Source: Candidatus Woesearchaeota archaeon (GTDB lineage Archaea > Nanobdellota > Nanobdellia > Woesearchaeales > WJKL01). Taken from it: DNA of 53,428 bases. The position numbers and the translations under genes were made by a program. The stretch spans positions 1 to 53,428 of the forward strand of contig WJJM01000044.1 in assembly GCA_014729675.1 (NCBI GenBank), in the 5' to 3' direction. Positions within the stretch are counted from its first letter, which is position 1, and each line of letters starts with the position of its first letter. Below the pieces are notes generated by a model. That model saw nothing but the letters and a program-made list of their open reading frames with translations. It was not told where the DNA came from and made no database searches. Shown here piece by piece: positions 17,687-25,849 of this stretch.

Positions 17687-18946
17687 ATGAAAATAAGGTC
17701 AAAATTCATGATAGCATTCATATTGATCTTCTTATTATTTACATGCATATGCGGAACACTTTTTTACCGTTTCTCTGAGGCATATATTAAAAAAGAGATA
17801 TATTCGCATCTTCAGACCACAGCACAGTCAAGAGCAGAACACATAATATATTTTCTTGAAGAGCAGGAAAACAAGCTTGATCTTATCGCTACAGAACCCA
17901 CTCTCTTAAATTTCATAAAAACAGACAAAGATGATCCCGATTATGAATCATTAAGGAAAAATGCAAACAAAAGAATAAAAGAGATAGGCAAAGGAGTAGG
18001 CATATTTGATACAGAAGGGATAGTGCTTGCAGCAGAAAATAATCCTCCCGGAACAGACTATTCTGATACTGTTTTCTTCCAGAAAGACACCAACAAGACA
18101 GAGTATCTTATGTATTATGATATAGCCAGGGAAAATTACAACATAGGCGTTATCAAATGGATAAAAGACCAGGCTAATAGGCGGATTGGAGTGGTCGGTT
18201 TTGATATCCACGCTGAAGGATTATTTGAAATAACCACCGATACTACGGGACTAGGAGATACAGGAGAAGCATATCTTATCAACAAGGACATGATGATGAT
18301 AAGCCCATCAAGGTTCGAAGAAGACACAATATTCAGCCGGGAAGTGTTGACAGAAAAAGCGATCCACTGTTATGACACTAATAAACCTGCAAAAGAATAT
18401 GAAAGCAAGTCAGCACTGAATACATATAGGGATTATAGGGGTGAAGAAGTGATCGGAACTTATTATTATATACCTCAAACACGATGGTGCCTTATTGTAG
18501 AGATCGATGCGTCAGAAGCGCTGGTGCTGCTTGATACAATCAGGAATGTAATAATCATAGTATCTATTTTAGTATTTGTATTAGGTGCAGGAATGTTTTT
18601 CTTTGCTGCAGAAACAATAACTAAACCGATAAATAATCTAAAATGCTGCGCAGACAGGATAAAAAAAGGCAATCTCAAACAGAGATGCATAGTGAAGACA
18701 AGAGACGAATTGGAAAATCTTGCTCAGTCTTTTGATGATATGCGTCTGGCCATCAAAGACAGGAATGATCTTCTGGATTCCTTTTTAAATTCATTTAAAG
18801 GAAAATTTGGGAATATAGCCACAATACTTGCAAGAAAAGAGATAGAAAAACTTATCAAGAAAAACCCAAGAATAGAGGGGATACTCCCCGCATCTCTTAA
18901 GGAATCTGTAAAAAAAAGCAAAAAATTCAGAAATAAAAAAGATTAA
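17687..18946 (+). CDS. Membrane sensor: TM - Cache-like extracytoplasmic domain - TM - HAMP, with no recognisable output domain
   Basis: TM1 FMIAFILIFLLFTCICGTLFY. About 270-aa extracytoplasmic region (GIFDTEGIVLAAEN.., GEAYLINKDMMMISPSRF). TM2 IIIVSILVFVLGAGMFFFAAE. HAMP TKPINNLKCCADRIKKGNLKQRCIVKTRDELENLAQSFDDM. No H-box or ATPase motifs in the ~75-aa tail. Confidence 0.7.
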   Translation: MKIRSKFMIAFILIFLLFTCICGTLFYRFSEAYIKKEIYSHLQTTAQSRAEHIIYFLEEQENKLDLIATEPTLLNFIKTDKDDPDYESLRKNANKRIKEIGKGVGIFDTEGIVLAAENNPPGTDYSDTVFFQKDTNKTEYLMYYDIARENYNIGVIKWIKDQANRRIGVVGFDIHAEGLFEITTDTTGLGDTGEAYLINKDMMMISPSRFEEDTIFSREVLTEKAIHCYDTNKPAKEYESKSALNTYRDYRGEEVIGTYYYIPQTRWCLIVEIDASEALVLLDTIRNVIIIVSILVFVLGAGMFFFAAETITKPINNLKCCADRIKKGNLKQRCIVKTRDELENLAQSFDDMRLAIKDRNDLLDSFLNSFKGKFGNIATILARKEIEKLIKKNPRIEGILPASLKESVKKSKKFRNKKD

Positions 18947-18948
18947 AG

Positions 18949-19326
18949 ATGACTAAAGGCACAAAACAATCAAAACTGAAGAATATCCTTGAAGATCTGG
19001 ACAATATAGGTGATATAAAAGGCAGTATTGTAATCTCTGTAGACGGCCTTGTGATATCTTCCAACATTAAAGAAGGGATCGATACAGATACATTAGCAGC
19101 AATGTCTGCCGCGATGCAGGGAGCAGCAGAAACAGCTGTCTCAGAACTGAAGCAGGGCGGCCTTAAGCAGGTAGTGATAGAATCAGAAAAAGGGAAGATG
19201 GTATCCATATCTGCAGGAGAAGATGCGATCCTGATAATCCTGGCTAACAAAACAATCAATCTTGGGCTTGCTCTGCTGGAGTTAAGCAAAGCAGCAGGAT
19301 CAATATCCAAGATAATAGGTGAATAG
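18949..19326 (+). CDS. Roadblock/LC7 (MglB-like) domain protein, copy 2
   Basis: LEDLDNIGDIKGSIVISVDGLVISS.....DTDTLAAMSAAMQGAAETA....LKQVVIESEKGKMVSISAGEDAILIIL. Confidence 0.8.
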   Translation: MTKGTKQSKLKNILEDLDNIGDIKGSIVISVDGLVISSNIKEGIDTDTLAAMSAAMQGAAETAVSELKQGGLKQVVIESEKGKMVSISAGEDAILIILANKTINLGLALLELSKAAGSISKIIGE

Positions 19327-20139
19327 ATGGCAAAAAAAAACTACAACAAGCTTAATACCACACTGGTGCAAAATCTAAAGAAGAAGATAAAAGAGCTAAG
19401 AATATCTGAAGAAAAGTACAGGAAAGTGATAAACAACCTATCAGATATCATCTTTTCCTATGATCCCTATACCCTAAAGATAAATTTCATCACGCCCAAT
19501 GTGCATTCTTTTTTAGGATACAAGCCAGAAGAAGTTTTAGGACATAAGATAGACGAATTTATACACCCTGATGACAGGGAAAAAGTACTCAGTGAGCTAA
19601 AAGATTCATTGAAGACAAGAGAAGAAACCCCGACTGAGATCCGCTTATTAAAAAAAGACAACACACATATGTGGATAGAAGAAAGAGGAAAGATAGCAAA
19701 AAAAGAAGGAAAGATAGAAGGCATGTCCGGTGTAATAAGGAACATAACAGAAAAGAAAAAATCAGAGAAAAAACTTAGGGAAAGCGAACAGAAGTACAGG
19801 GCATTGTTCGATAAAGCAAATGATGCGATCTTCATAGCAGACCCATCCACTGGAAAGATAATCGACGCAAACGAACAGGCAGCAAAACTCCTGGGATTGC
19901 CGCTGAAAAAGATAATTGGCATGCACCAGACCAGACTGCATCCGCCTGATAAGGCAAATCTATATGCAAAGAAATTCAGGGATCATATCCAAAAAGGCCA
20001 TGCTGCTGATTTTGAAGCAGAGGTCATCACAAAAAACAAAAAAAGAATTCCTGTATATATCAGCGCAAGCGTTATAAAGATAGGCGGCAGGGATATCATA
20101 CAGGGAATCTTTAGAGACATATCAGACCTGAAAAAATGA
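19327..20139 (+). CDS. Tandem PAS-domain protein without output domain
   Basis: Two PAS-like units: EEKYRKVINNLSDIIFSYD...FLGYKPEEVLG and SEQKYRALFDKANDAIFIADPSTGKIIDANEQAAKLLG. TAG-ATG juxtaposition with the upstream gene. Confidence 0.7.
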   Translation: MAKKNYNKLNTTLVQNLKKKIKELRISEEKYRKVINNLSDIIFSYDPYTLKINFITPNVHSFLGYKPEEVLGHKIDEFIHPDDREKVLSELKDSLKTREETPTEIRLLKKDNTHMWIEERGKIAKKEGKIEGMSGVIRNITEKKKSEKKLRESEQKYRALFDKANDAIFIADPSTGKIIDANEQAAKLLGLPLKKIIGMHQTRLHPPDKANLYAKKFRDHIQKGHAADFEAEVITKNKKRIPVYISASVIKIGGRDIIQGIFRDISDLKK

Positions 20140-20768
20140 TAAACATTCCCAAAAATTCAGCTTCGATCATAGTAAGCCCCCCTCTGGAGGGGAAAAAGGA
20201 GTTAATGTTCCAGCTGATAAGGCGCGCGCTTCAGGATAAGGAGCCAGTCATATTTCTTTTGACAGATACATCCCCTGAAGAGATAAAAAAAGAGCTTCTT
20301 AAGAGCAAGATATATTATGGAGCAAAAAAAGGCCTGTTGAATTTTATTGACTGCTATTCCCAGCAGGCTGGAAATGATGTTTCAGATACTAAAGATACAA
20401 GAAGGATTTCAGGTCCCCTTGCATTCAACGAGATAAGCATAGCCCTTGCTCAGCTGGAGAAAGACCTGTTCAATACAAGCAAGAGCCACACTATAATATT
20501 TGATTCCCTGTCAACCATACTTATGTATTCTAATCCTCAGATGGCAGGCAGATTTCTCCAGATATTGATAGCAAAGATAAAGAATGCTGGCGGCTCTGTC
20601 TTATTTACACTTGAAGAAGGAATGCATAACAAGAAAGACATGATTACAATAGAGCATCTCATGCAGGCTATAATCCATCTGAAGCAGAAAAATAATAAGA
20701 TCATGATAAAAGCAGAAGGCATCAAGGACATGGAGGGGTGGAAAGAATTTAAAAACCAAAAACCTTAA
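20136..20768 (+). CDS. KaiC/RecA-like protein with degenerate Walker A
   Basis: ASIIVSPPLEGKKELMFQLIRRAL (P-loop-like, but GKK in place of GK[ST]), IIFDSLSTIL Walker-B-like. ATGA overlap with the PAS gene. Confidence 0.6.
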   Translation: MINIPKNSASIIVSPPLEGKKELMFQLIRRALQDKEPVIFLLTDTSPEEIKKELLKSKIYYGAKKGLLNFIDCYSQQAGNDVSDTKDTRRISGPLAFNEISIALAQLEKDLFNTSKSHTIIFDSLSTILMYSNPQMAGRFLQILIAKIKNAGGSVLFTLEEGMHNKKDMITIEHLMQAIIHLKQKNNKIMIKAEGIKDMEGWKEFKNQKP

Positions 20769-20854
20769 TAAACATTGTGATGCATTACCAATAACTTTTA
20801 AAAACATATTTTTTCATATCAGTATAATTACATTTAAAAAACAACCAAGACAAG

Positions 20855-21247
20855 ATGGAAAGCAGGCAAAAAGTGATCATCGCAGATGATGAAAGAGCAG
20901 TACGGGATCTGCTGGAGACCATATTCAGCGAAAGCTATGATGTTAATACAGCATCTGATGGAAAACAGGCTCTCGATACATACCTTACTTCAGGGGATAA
21001 TTGTTCTCCTGCAAGAGCAGTCATAACAGACAGGCAGATGCCTGGGAAAGACGGCTTTTATCTTGCATCTGAGATAAGAAAATATGATCCAGATATCCCC
21101 ATTGTCATGCTTAGCGGAGGGCTTTCACAGCAGGACATTGAAAGGGCATACAGTTCTGGAATAACACATATAGAACAAAAACCCATAAAAGATTTTATAG
21201 AGTTCAAATCAAATATAGACAAACTTGTATTGGATTATCTTCGATAA
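20855..21247 (+). CDS. Stand-alone response-regulator receiver (CheY-like) domain protein
   Basis: VIIADDE, phospho-acceptor context VITDRQMPGKDG, VMLSG, EQKP. Confidence 0.8.
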   Translation: MESRQKVIIADDERAVRDLLETIFSESYDVNTASDGKQALDTYLTSGDNCSPARAVITDRQMPGKDGFYLASEIRKYDPDIPIVMLSGGLSQQDIERAYSSGITHIEQKPIKDFIEFKSNIDKLVLDYLR

Positions 21248-21321
21248 TATTTCTTTTAACCTGTAAAAATCTAATAAAGAATTTAGTCTTGTTTCTAAAT
21301 AAGCCTGAACAATCAAAATTT

Positions 21322-22548
21322 CTAAGATCTGATTATGCCATACCCGATCAATCTAAATCTTGTTCCGATCCTTCTTGAGATAGTCACTTTGCTGCCTTCT
21401 TTTGCACAGACAGGCCTTTTTAGCATACATTTAACTTTACCTTTTTTTGAGCCTGAAACTATACCTACTGTTGCAGAGGCATTTACATTAAGCATAAGGG
21501 GTTCATTTATAACTATGGGCTTTACTTCAACATCTCCTTCAACTCCTACAACCCTTTCAAGAAGGTGAATTTCAAGCTTAAGCTCGTCCCTTACAGGAGG
21601 CATCTTGCCTTCCAGTCCTATGACATTACCTGCCAGGCTGTCAGCTTTTACCACAGCTGGATCCAGTGAAGTCATTACCCCTACTGTACCTCCGGGAGAC
21701 GCTTCCTTGACTTCAGTTCCTCCTGCTTTCAGTCCTGTGATTGCAGTTTTTATAGGCTTGTAAACTTTTTGATTTCTTTCTTCTACTCCTAATCCTGGTT
21801 TTATCTCTATATCCTGCTTTACCTTAAAAACTCCCTGTTTTATAGCACCTCCTAAAACTCCACCTTTCAGGTCATCTGCATTCAATCCAGGCTTGTTTAT
21901 ATCAAAGCTTCTTGCGATAAAAAGCAAAGGTGCCGCTTCCGGGTCCCTCTTAGGGGTAGGAATAATCTTTTCAAGAGTTTCTATAAGTACATCAAGATTT
22001 ACGTTCTGCTGAGCAGAGATAGGTATTATAGGTGCATCTTCATAATCAGTGCCTTTTACAAACTCTTTTATCTGCTTGTAGTTTTCCATAGCCTCTTTTT
22101 CACTTATTGTGTCTATCTTGTTCTGGACGATAACAACATTCTTCACACCTGATATCTGCAGAGCCATAAGATGCTCTTTAGTCTGAGGCTGAGGGCATTT
22201 TTCATTTGCTGCAACAAGCAGTATAGCTCCATCCATTATAGCTGAACCTGAAAGCATAGTAGCCATAAGACTCTCATGGCCGGGAGCATCAACAAAACTC
22301 ACTCTTCTAAGCAGTTTTGCTTTTCCTCCGCATTCGCATTTTTCTTTAAGTCCAAATTTCTTGCATTTTTCGCATTTGTAGAAAGATGTATCTGCATAAC
22401 CCAATTTGATAGTTATGCCCCTTTTCATCTCTTCAGAATGAGTGTCAGTCCAAACTCCGCTTAATGCCCTGACTAATGTAGTCTTTCCATGGTCTACATG
22501 CCCTACCAATCCTATGCTTACTTCTGGTTGTATCTGTTTTTTTACCAT
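21322..22548 (-). CDS. eif2g: Translation initiation factor aIF2 gamma subunit
   Basis: GLVGHVDHGKTTL, DAPGHE, NKID, zinc-knuckle CEKCKK....CECGG. Typical length of 408 aa. Confidence 0.95.
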   Translation of the reverse strand: MVKKQIQPEVSIGLVGHVDHGKTTLVRALSGVWTDTHSEEMKRGITIKLGYADTSFYKCEKCKKFGLKEKCECGGKAKLLRRVSFVDAPGHESLMATMLSGSAIMDGAILLVAANEKCPQPQTKEHLMALQISGVKNVVIVQNKIDTISEKEAMENYKQIKEFVKGTDYEDAPIIPISAQQNVNLDVLIETLEKIIPTPKRDPEAAPLLFIARSFDINKPGLNADDLKGGVLGGAIKQGVFKVKQDIEIKPGLGVEERNQKVYKPIKTAITGLKAGGTEVKEASPGGTVGVMTSLDPAVVKADSLAGNVIGLEGKMPPVRDELKLEIHLLERVVGVEGDVEVKPIVINEPLMLNVNASATVGIVSGSKKGKVKCMLKRPVCAKEGSKVTISRRIGTRFRLIGYGIIRS

Positions 22549-22670
22549 AAGAGTATTCCAATGATCACGAATATAAGCCCAAGCAGTATTATCCCTGCTC
22601 CGATAAGCCTATATTGCGGCTGGGCTTTTATCTGATCTATGATATCATCTAGCTGTTGCTTTATATCCAT
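22542..22670 (-). CDS. Possible 42-aa single-TM micro-protein between rps6e and eif2g
   Basis: MDIKQQLDDIIDQIKAQPQYRLIGAGIILLGLIFVIIGILLW. The ATG at 22670 lies 1 nt after the S6e stop, and its stop overlaps the aIF2-gamma start. The longer track ORF (to 22757) would overlap the S6e tail. Confidence 0.4.
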   Translation of the reverse strand: MDIKQQLDDIIDQIKAQPQYRLIGAGIILLGLIFVIIGILLW

Positions 22671-22671
22671 C

Positions 22672-23211
22672 TTATTCTTTCTTTTCAGAAGATTCCTCTT
22701 CTTTTTTTGCTTCTTTAGGCTTTGTTTCTTGCTTTGGTGTTTCTTCCTTCTTTTCATGTGCTTCTTTTTTCTCTTCAGCAGGAGATTCTCCCTCTTTCTT
22801 AGCTTCTTCAGGATTTGCCTCTTCTTTGCCTTCAGCTTCTCCTTCTTTCTCTGTTTCCAGCTTCTTGGCTCCTTGTTTTGTTATCTTAAGGTTAATCTGT
22901 ACTATGCTGCTGTTTATTGTTTCTCCGCAGACAGTTTTCCTTCTTTTCATTCCTTTTCTGCCTCCTCTGAAACCTACGCCCTTTCCAGTCAGTATCCTTT
23001 TTCTTGCACCTGAGATACCTTTCCTCATAGGGAATCCGCAGTTGTCGCTTCCTCCTGAAATCTCAAATTCGTATCCTGTCAGGTCAAAAGCTTCTCCTTT
23101 GACTTTTTCTCCTATCTTCTTTCCGATAAGGCCTTTTGCTCCTTCATCTGCTATAGCTTTCTGTATGCATTTGCCTGTTTTTGGATCAGCAATAACAAGT
23201 TTAAATTCCAT
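22672..23211 (-). CDS. rps6e: Ribosomal protein S6e with ~55-aa Glu/Lys-rich C-terminal extension
   Basis: MEFKLVIADPKTGK....GYEFEISGGSDNCGFPMRKGI.G..RKRIL is canonical S6e. The tail is ETEKEGEAEGKEEANPEEAKKEGESPAEEKKEAHEKKEETPKQETKPKEAKKEEESSEKKE. Confidence 0.9.
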   Translation of the reverse strand: MEFKLVIADPKTGKCIQKAIADEGAKGLIGKKIGEKVKGEAFDLTGYEFEISGGSDNCGFPMRKGISGARKRILTGKGVGFRGGRKGMKRRKTVCGETINSSIVQINLKITKQGAKKLETEKEGEAEGKEEANPEEAKKEGESPAEEKKEAHEKKEETPKQETKPKEAKKEEESSEKKE

Positions 23212-23364
23212 CTTATATACCTCCCGAGCTTTTCTTAGTGTAAAGCTCAGCTGAGAATAATCATTAAATAACCCTGCTTATTTATAAACCTTTGGTAAAT
23301 TTTATATAAAACGAAATATATTTAAAGAATATTCAGTATTATAATATAAAAAAGGTGTTTTAGG

Positions 23365-24804
23365 TTGTCTGCTTCAGATATATTAAAAGAAAACGATTTT
23401 AAAGAAGAGGTCTGGGAAGAGAAAAAAGATCAGTTTCTCCCTACTGGCTATCCTGCTCCGCTTAAAAGATATAAGGTTGTCTGGGAAGCATTTAATATGA
23501 ACATGGAGGAGGCATATTTCTGGACACTCAACCATACTCAGGACTTGGGTTATCATAAGATAGACAAGACAGAGGATATTTTTTCTGCTTCTGAGAATTC
23601 TGCTTTCTTCGGCGTTTCCCAGCAGAGGATAGGCCTTCAGCAGGACAAGGTCAGCCAGTATCTTGCTACCATAGGAAAGATGACAAAAGAGCTTTTCCAG
23701 CTGGTAAGAGAATTAAGGATAATAGATGAGAGGATGCAGTACTACAGAGAAAGCATGGGCTATGACAAAGACGGTAACTATACAGGAGAATTCAAGGAAA
23801 GTTCTGAGATAACACTGAAAGGCATATATATAGACATGGTGCAGGGAGGCTCTAAAAATCCTGCATCTATCTATGGTATGGCAAGAGAGGTCGGTTTTAC
23901 ATCTTTGCCTGACTTGTTTTTTTCGACACATCCAAAAGACTCAGGCGAAGTTGAAAAGGTTGTAGAGTCTCAAAGAGGCGGCTTTAACAAGAAAGTAAGA
24001 GTTGTATTGATAAGACATCTTAAATCATATCTTGTCTGGAAAGAAAACACATTCAAAGAGCTTAAGACAAGAAGAACATTCACATTAAGATATCTAAGAC
24101 AGCATTTTGATATAATAAAGATGTATATGCAGTGGGTAAGGCCGTATCTAAAACATATTAAAAGGCTCACTATGGATGAAGATAAGATGCTTGAGCCTCA
24201 ACTCATATCAGCCTTTGAAGGAAGTATGCTTGAGGTTGAATTTCTTGCATATAAGTTTCCTGTAGATCAAAAGACCACAAAAACAAACAAGAAGGTCTAT
24301 GCATGCATACTTGCAAATTTTCTTTACACGACAAGGCCTTCAATGTCTTTTCAGCAGGAAGGTTATCAAAGAGGCCCTATCCATGTAGGAAAAGTCGAAG
24401 CTACTTTCAGGGCATATGCCTGGGACGATGATACTATCAAACGATACAAGAAGATGAAAGAGCAGCAGGATCTAGAGATGATGAAATCTATATCAGACTC
24501 TGTAAAGGCTGCAATGGATGCTCTTGGAGATGAGTTTGAGAGCTATCTTGAAGAGGCTGGAGAAGTTATAGAAAAAGAAGAAGAGGCAAAAAAAGAAGAG
24601 AAGAAAGAACCCGGCTTCATGGAACGACTGAGAGCCGAATTTATAGGCCCTAAAAAAGAAAAAAAACCAAAGGAAAAAAAGCCTTCCAAGGCAGACGAAG
24701 CAAAGAAAAAATCAGAACAAGGCAAGGCATCCAAAGCTGCAAAGATGGACTTGTTTTTAACTTTCAAGAATTTCAAGAAAGCTCATGGCATGGTCATGTG
24801 GTAA
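23365..24804 (+). CDS. Large protein of unknown function (479 aa): globular body, K/E-rich linker, short hydrophobic C-terminal tail
   Basis: TTG start in the track. No motif recognised. The C-terminus reads ...EEEAKKEEKKEPGF..KKEKKPKEKKPSKADEAKKKSEQGKASKAAKMDLFLTFKNFKKAHGMVMW. Confidence 0.65.
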   Translation: MSASDILKENDFKEEVWEEKKDQFLPTGYPAPLKRYKVVWEAFNMNMEEAYFWTLNHTQDLGYHKIDKTEDIFSASENSAFFGVSQQRIGLQQDKVSQYLATIGKMTKELFQLVRELRIIDERMQYYRESMGYDKDGNYTGEFKESSEITLKGIYIDMVQGGSKNPASIYGMAREVGFTSLPDLFFSTHPKDSGEVEKVVESQRGGFNKKVRVVLIRHLKSYLVWKENTFKELKTRRTFTLRYLRQHFDIIKMYMQWVRPYLKHIKRLTMDEDKMLEPQLISAFEGSMLEVEFLAYKFPVDQKTTKTNKKVYACILANFLYTTRPSMSFQQEGYQRGPIHVGKVEATFRAYAWDDDTIKRYKKMKEQQDLEMMKSISDSVKAAMDALGDEFESYLEEAGEVIEKEEEAKKEEKKEPGFMERLRAEFIGPKKEKKPKEKKPSKADEAKKKSEQGKASKAAKMDLFLTFKNFKKAHGMVMW

Positions 24805-25024
24805 GAATATATCTGCCCAGAGATTGTTTAGGTTTGCCAAAATCACTTATGGAGCATGTAATGGTAAACCTATATTAACTATAAATTAAGATTTTAAAAA
24901 ATAAAAAACATTTCAAAAATAAATCATGATTAAATTTTTCAAATCAAAACAAAAAACATTGGATAAGAACAAAACAAAAATCCAAAACCATCACTTTAAT
25001 AAACTTAAAACATATCCATAACTT

Positions 25025-25669
25025 ATGGCAAAAGACGAGCTTGAAGAGTTGAAAAAACTGTCTCCAAAAGAGAGGATAGCCAAGCTAAAAGAGATACAGG
25101 AAAAGGACAAGAAGGAGATAGAGCAGGCTCAGGAGCTGATAAAGGAATCAGAAGAGCAGGCAGAGAAAGAGGACGAAAAGGAAAAAATTCCCATTCCACA
25201 GGTAAAGTCAGCAGATATCGATTCATTGTTCAGCGCTGAAGAGAAGCAGCTTTTCATGGAAGTCAGGCTTGAACAGAAAAAGCAAAAAACAGAAGAAACT
25301 CCTGAGGAAAAGAAGGAGAAGAAAGAAAGTCTTGAAGAGGTGGCTGCTGAAGCCCCAAAACTTCCTGAAGAGCAGCAGGAAAAAGCCCATATCCAGTATC
25401 TTGAGCAGCAGAGCCAGAAGCCTGCAGATATGCTTTACAACAGGACCAAGGAGATATACAGCGAAGCTAAGGATAAAGGATATGTTTCCCCTAAGCATAT
25501 GAACGAGCTGCGGGACATTGAGTATGCAACAAGAAAAAAGATGGAAGATATCGAGCAGGGAAAATACACAGACGCAACAAAAGAAGCTGCAAGAGACATG
25601 GTCATGACAGAACGAATCAAGAACTGGCTGGAAGATAAATACGAGTCAGGAACACTATACAGAAAATAA
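25025..25669 (+). CDS. Acidic coiled-coil protein of unknown function (214 aa)
   Basis: Heptad-like, E/K-rich sequence over most of its length. Same strand as both flanking large genes. Confidence 0.6.
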   Translation: MAKDELEELKKLSPKERIAKLKEIQEKDKKEIEQAQELIKESEEQAEKEDEKEKIPIPQVKSADIDSLFSAEEKQLFMEVRLEQKKQKTEETPEEKKEKKESLEEVAAEAPKLPEEQQEKAHIQYLEQQSQKPADMLYNRTKEIYSEAKDKGYVSPKHMNELRDIEYATRKKMEDIEQGKYTDATKEAARDMVMTERIKNWLEDKYESGTLYRK

Positions 25670-25849
25670 TACTGCAGGAAAAGTTTCCAATACAACAAAA
25701 TTTCAATCAAATCTATGGCAAAAAGTGACAAAGTCAATTTTCGTAATGATAGAACCCATTGGGCTGAAAAATAATCTTCAGCAAAGCTGCCATGGACGCA
25801 TAGGTAGGATATTTAAGGACTAAGAACAAAAATAAAAAACATATCAAAA

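Noticed and set aside
21195-21215. tRNA T-loop-like gttcaaatc. More generally, a scan for tRNA genes across the window.
   Set aside because: The flanks cannot form the T stem and the string lies inside the receiver CDS. I found no convincing cloverleaf candidate anywhere, but a by-eye scan is weak. tRNAscan-SE/ARAGORN should be run, including for split or intron-containing tRNAs.
22639-23254. Plus-strand ORFs 22639-23013 and 22826-23254.
   Set aside because: They are antisense to the unambiguous S6e gene, and their Phe/Leu/Ser-rich products mirror the E/K-rich tail.
24805-25024. A-rich, G-poor 220-bp spacer containing a 26-codon ORF (MIKFFKSKQKTLDKNKTKIQNHHFNK).
   Set aside because: It is low-complexity and the ORF is too short with no ribosome-binding context. 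It is treated as a promoter/leader region.
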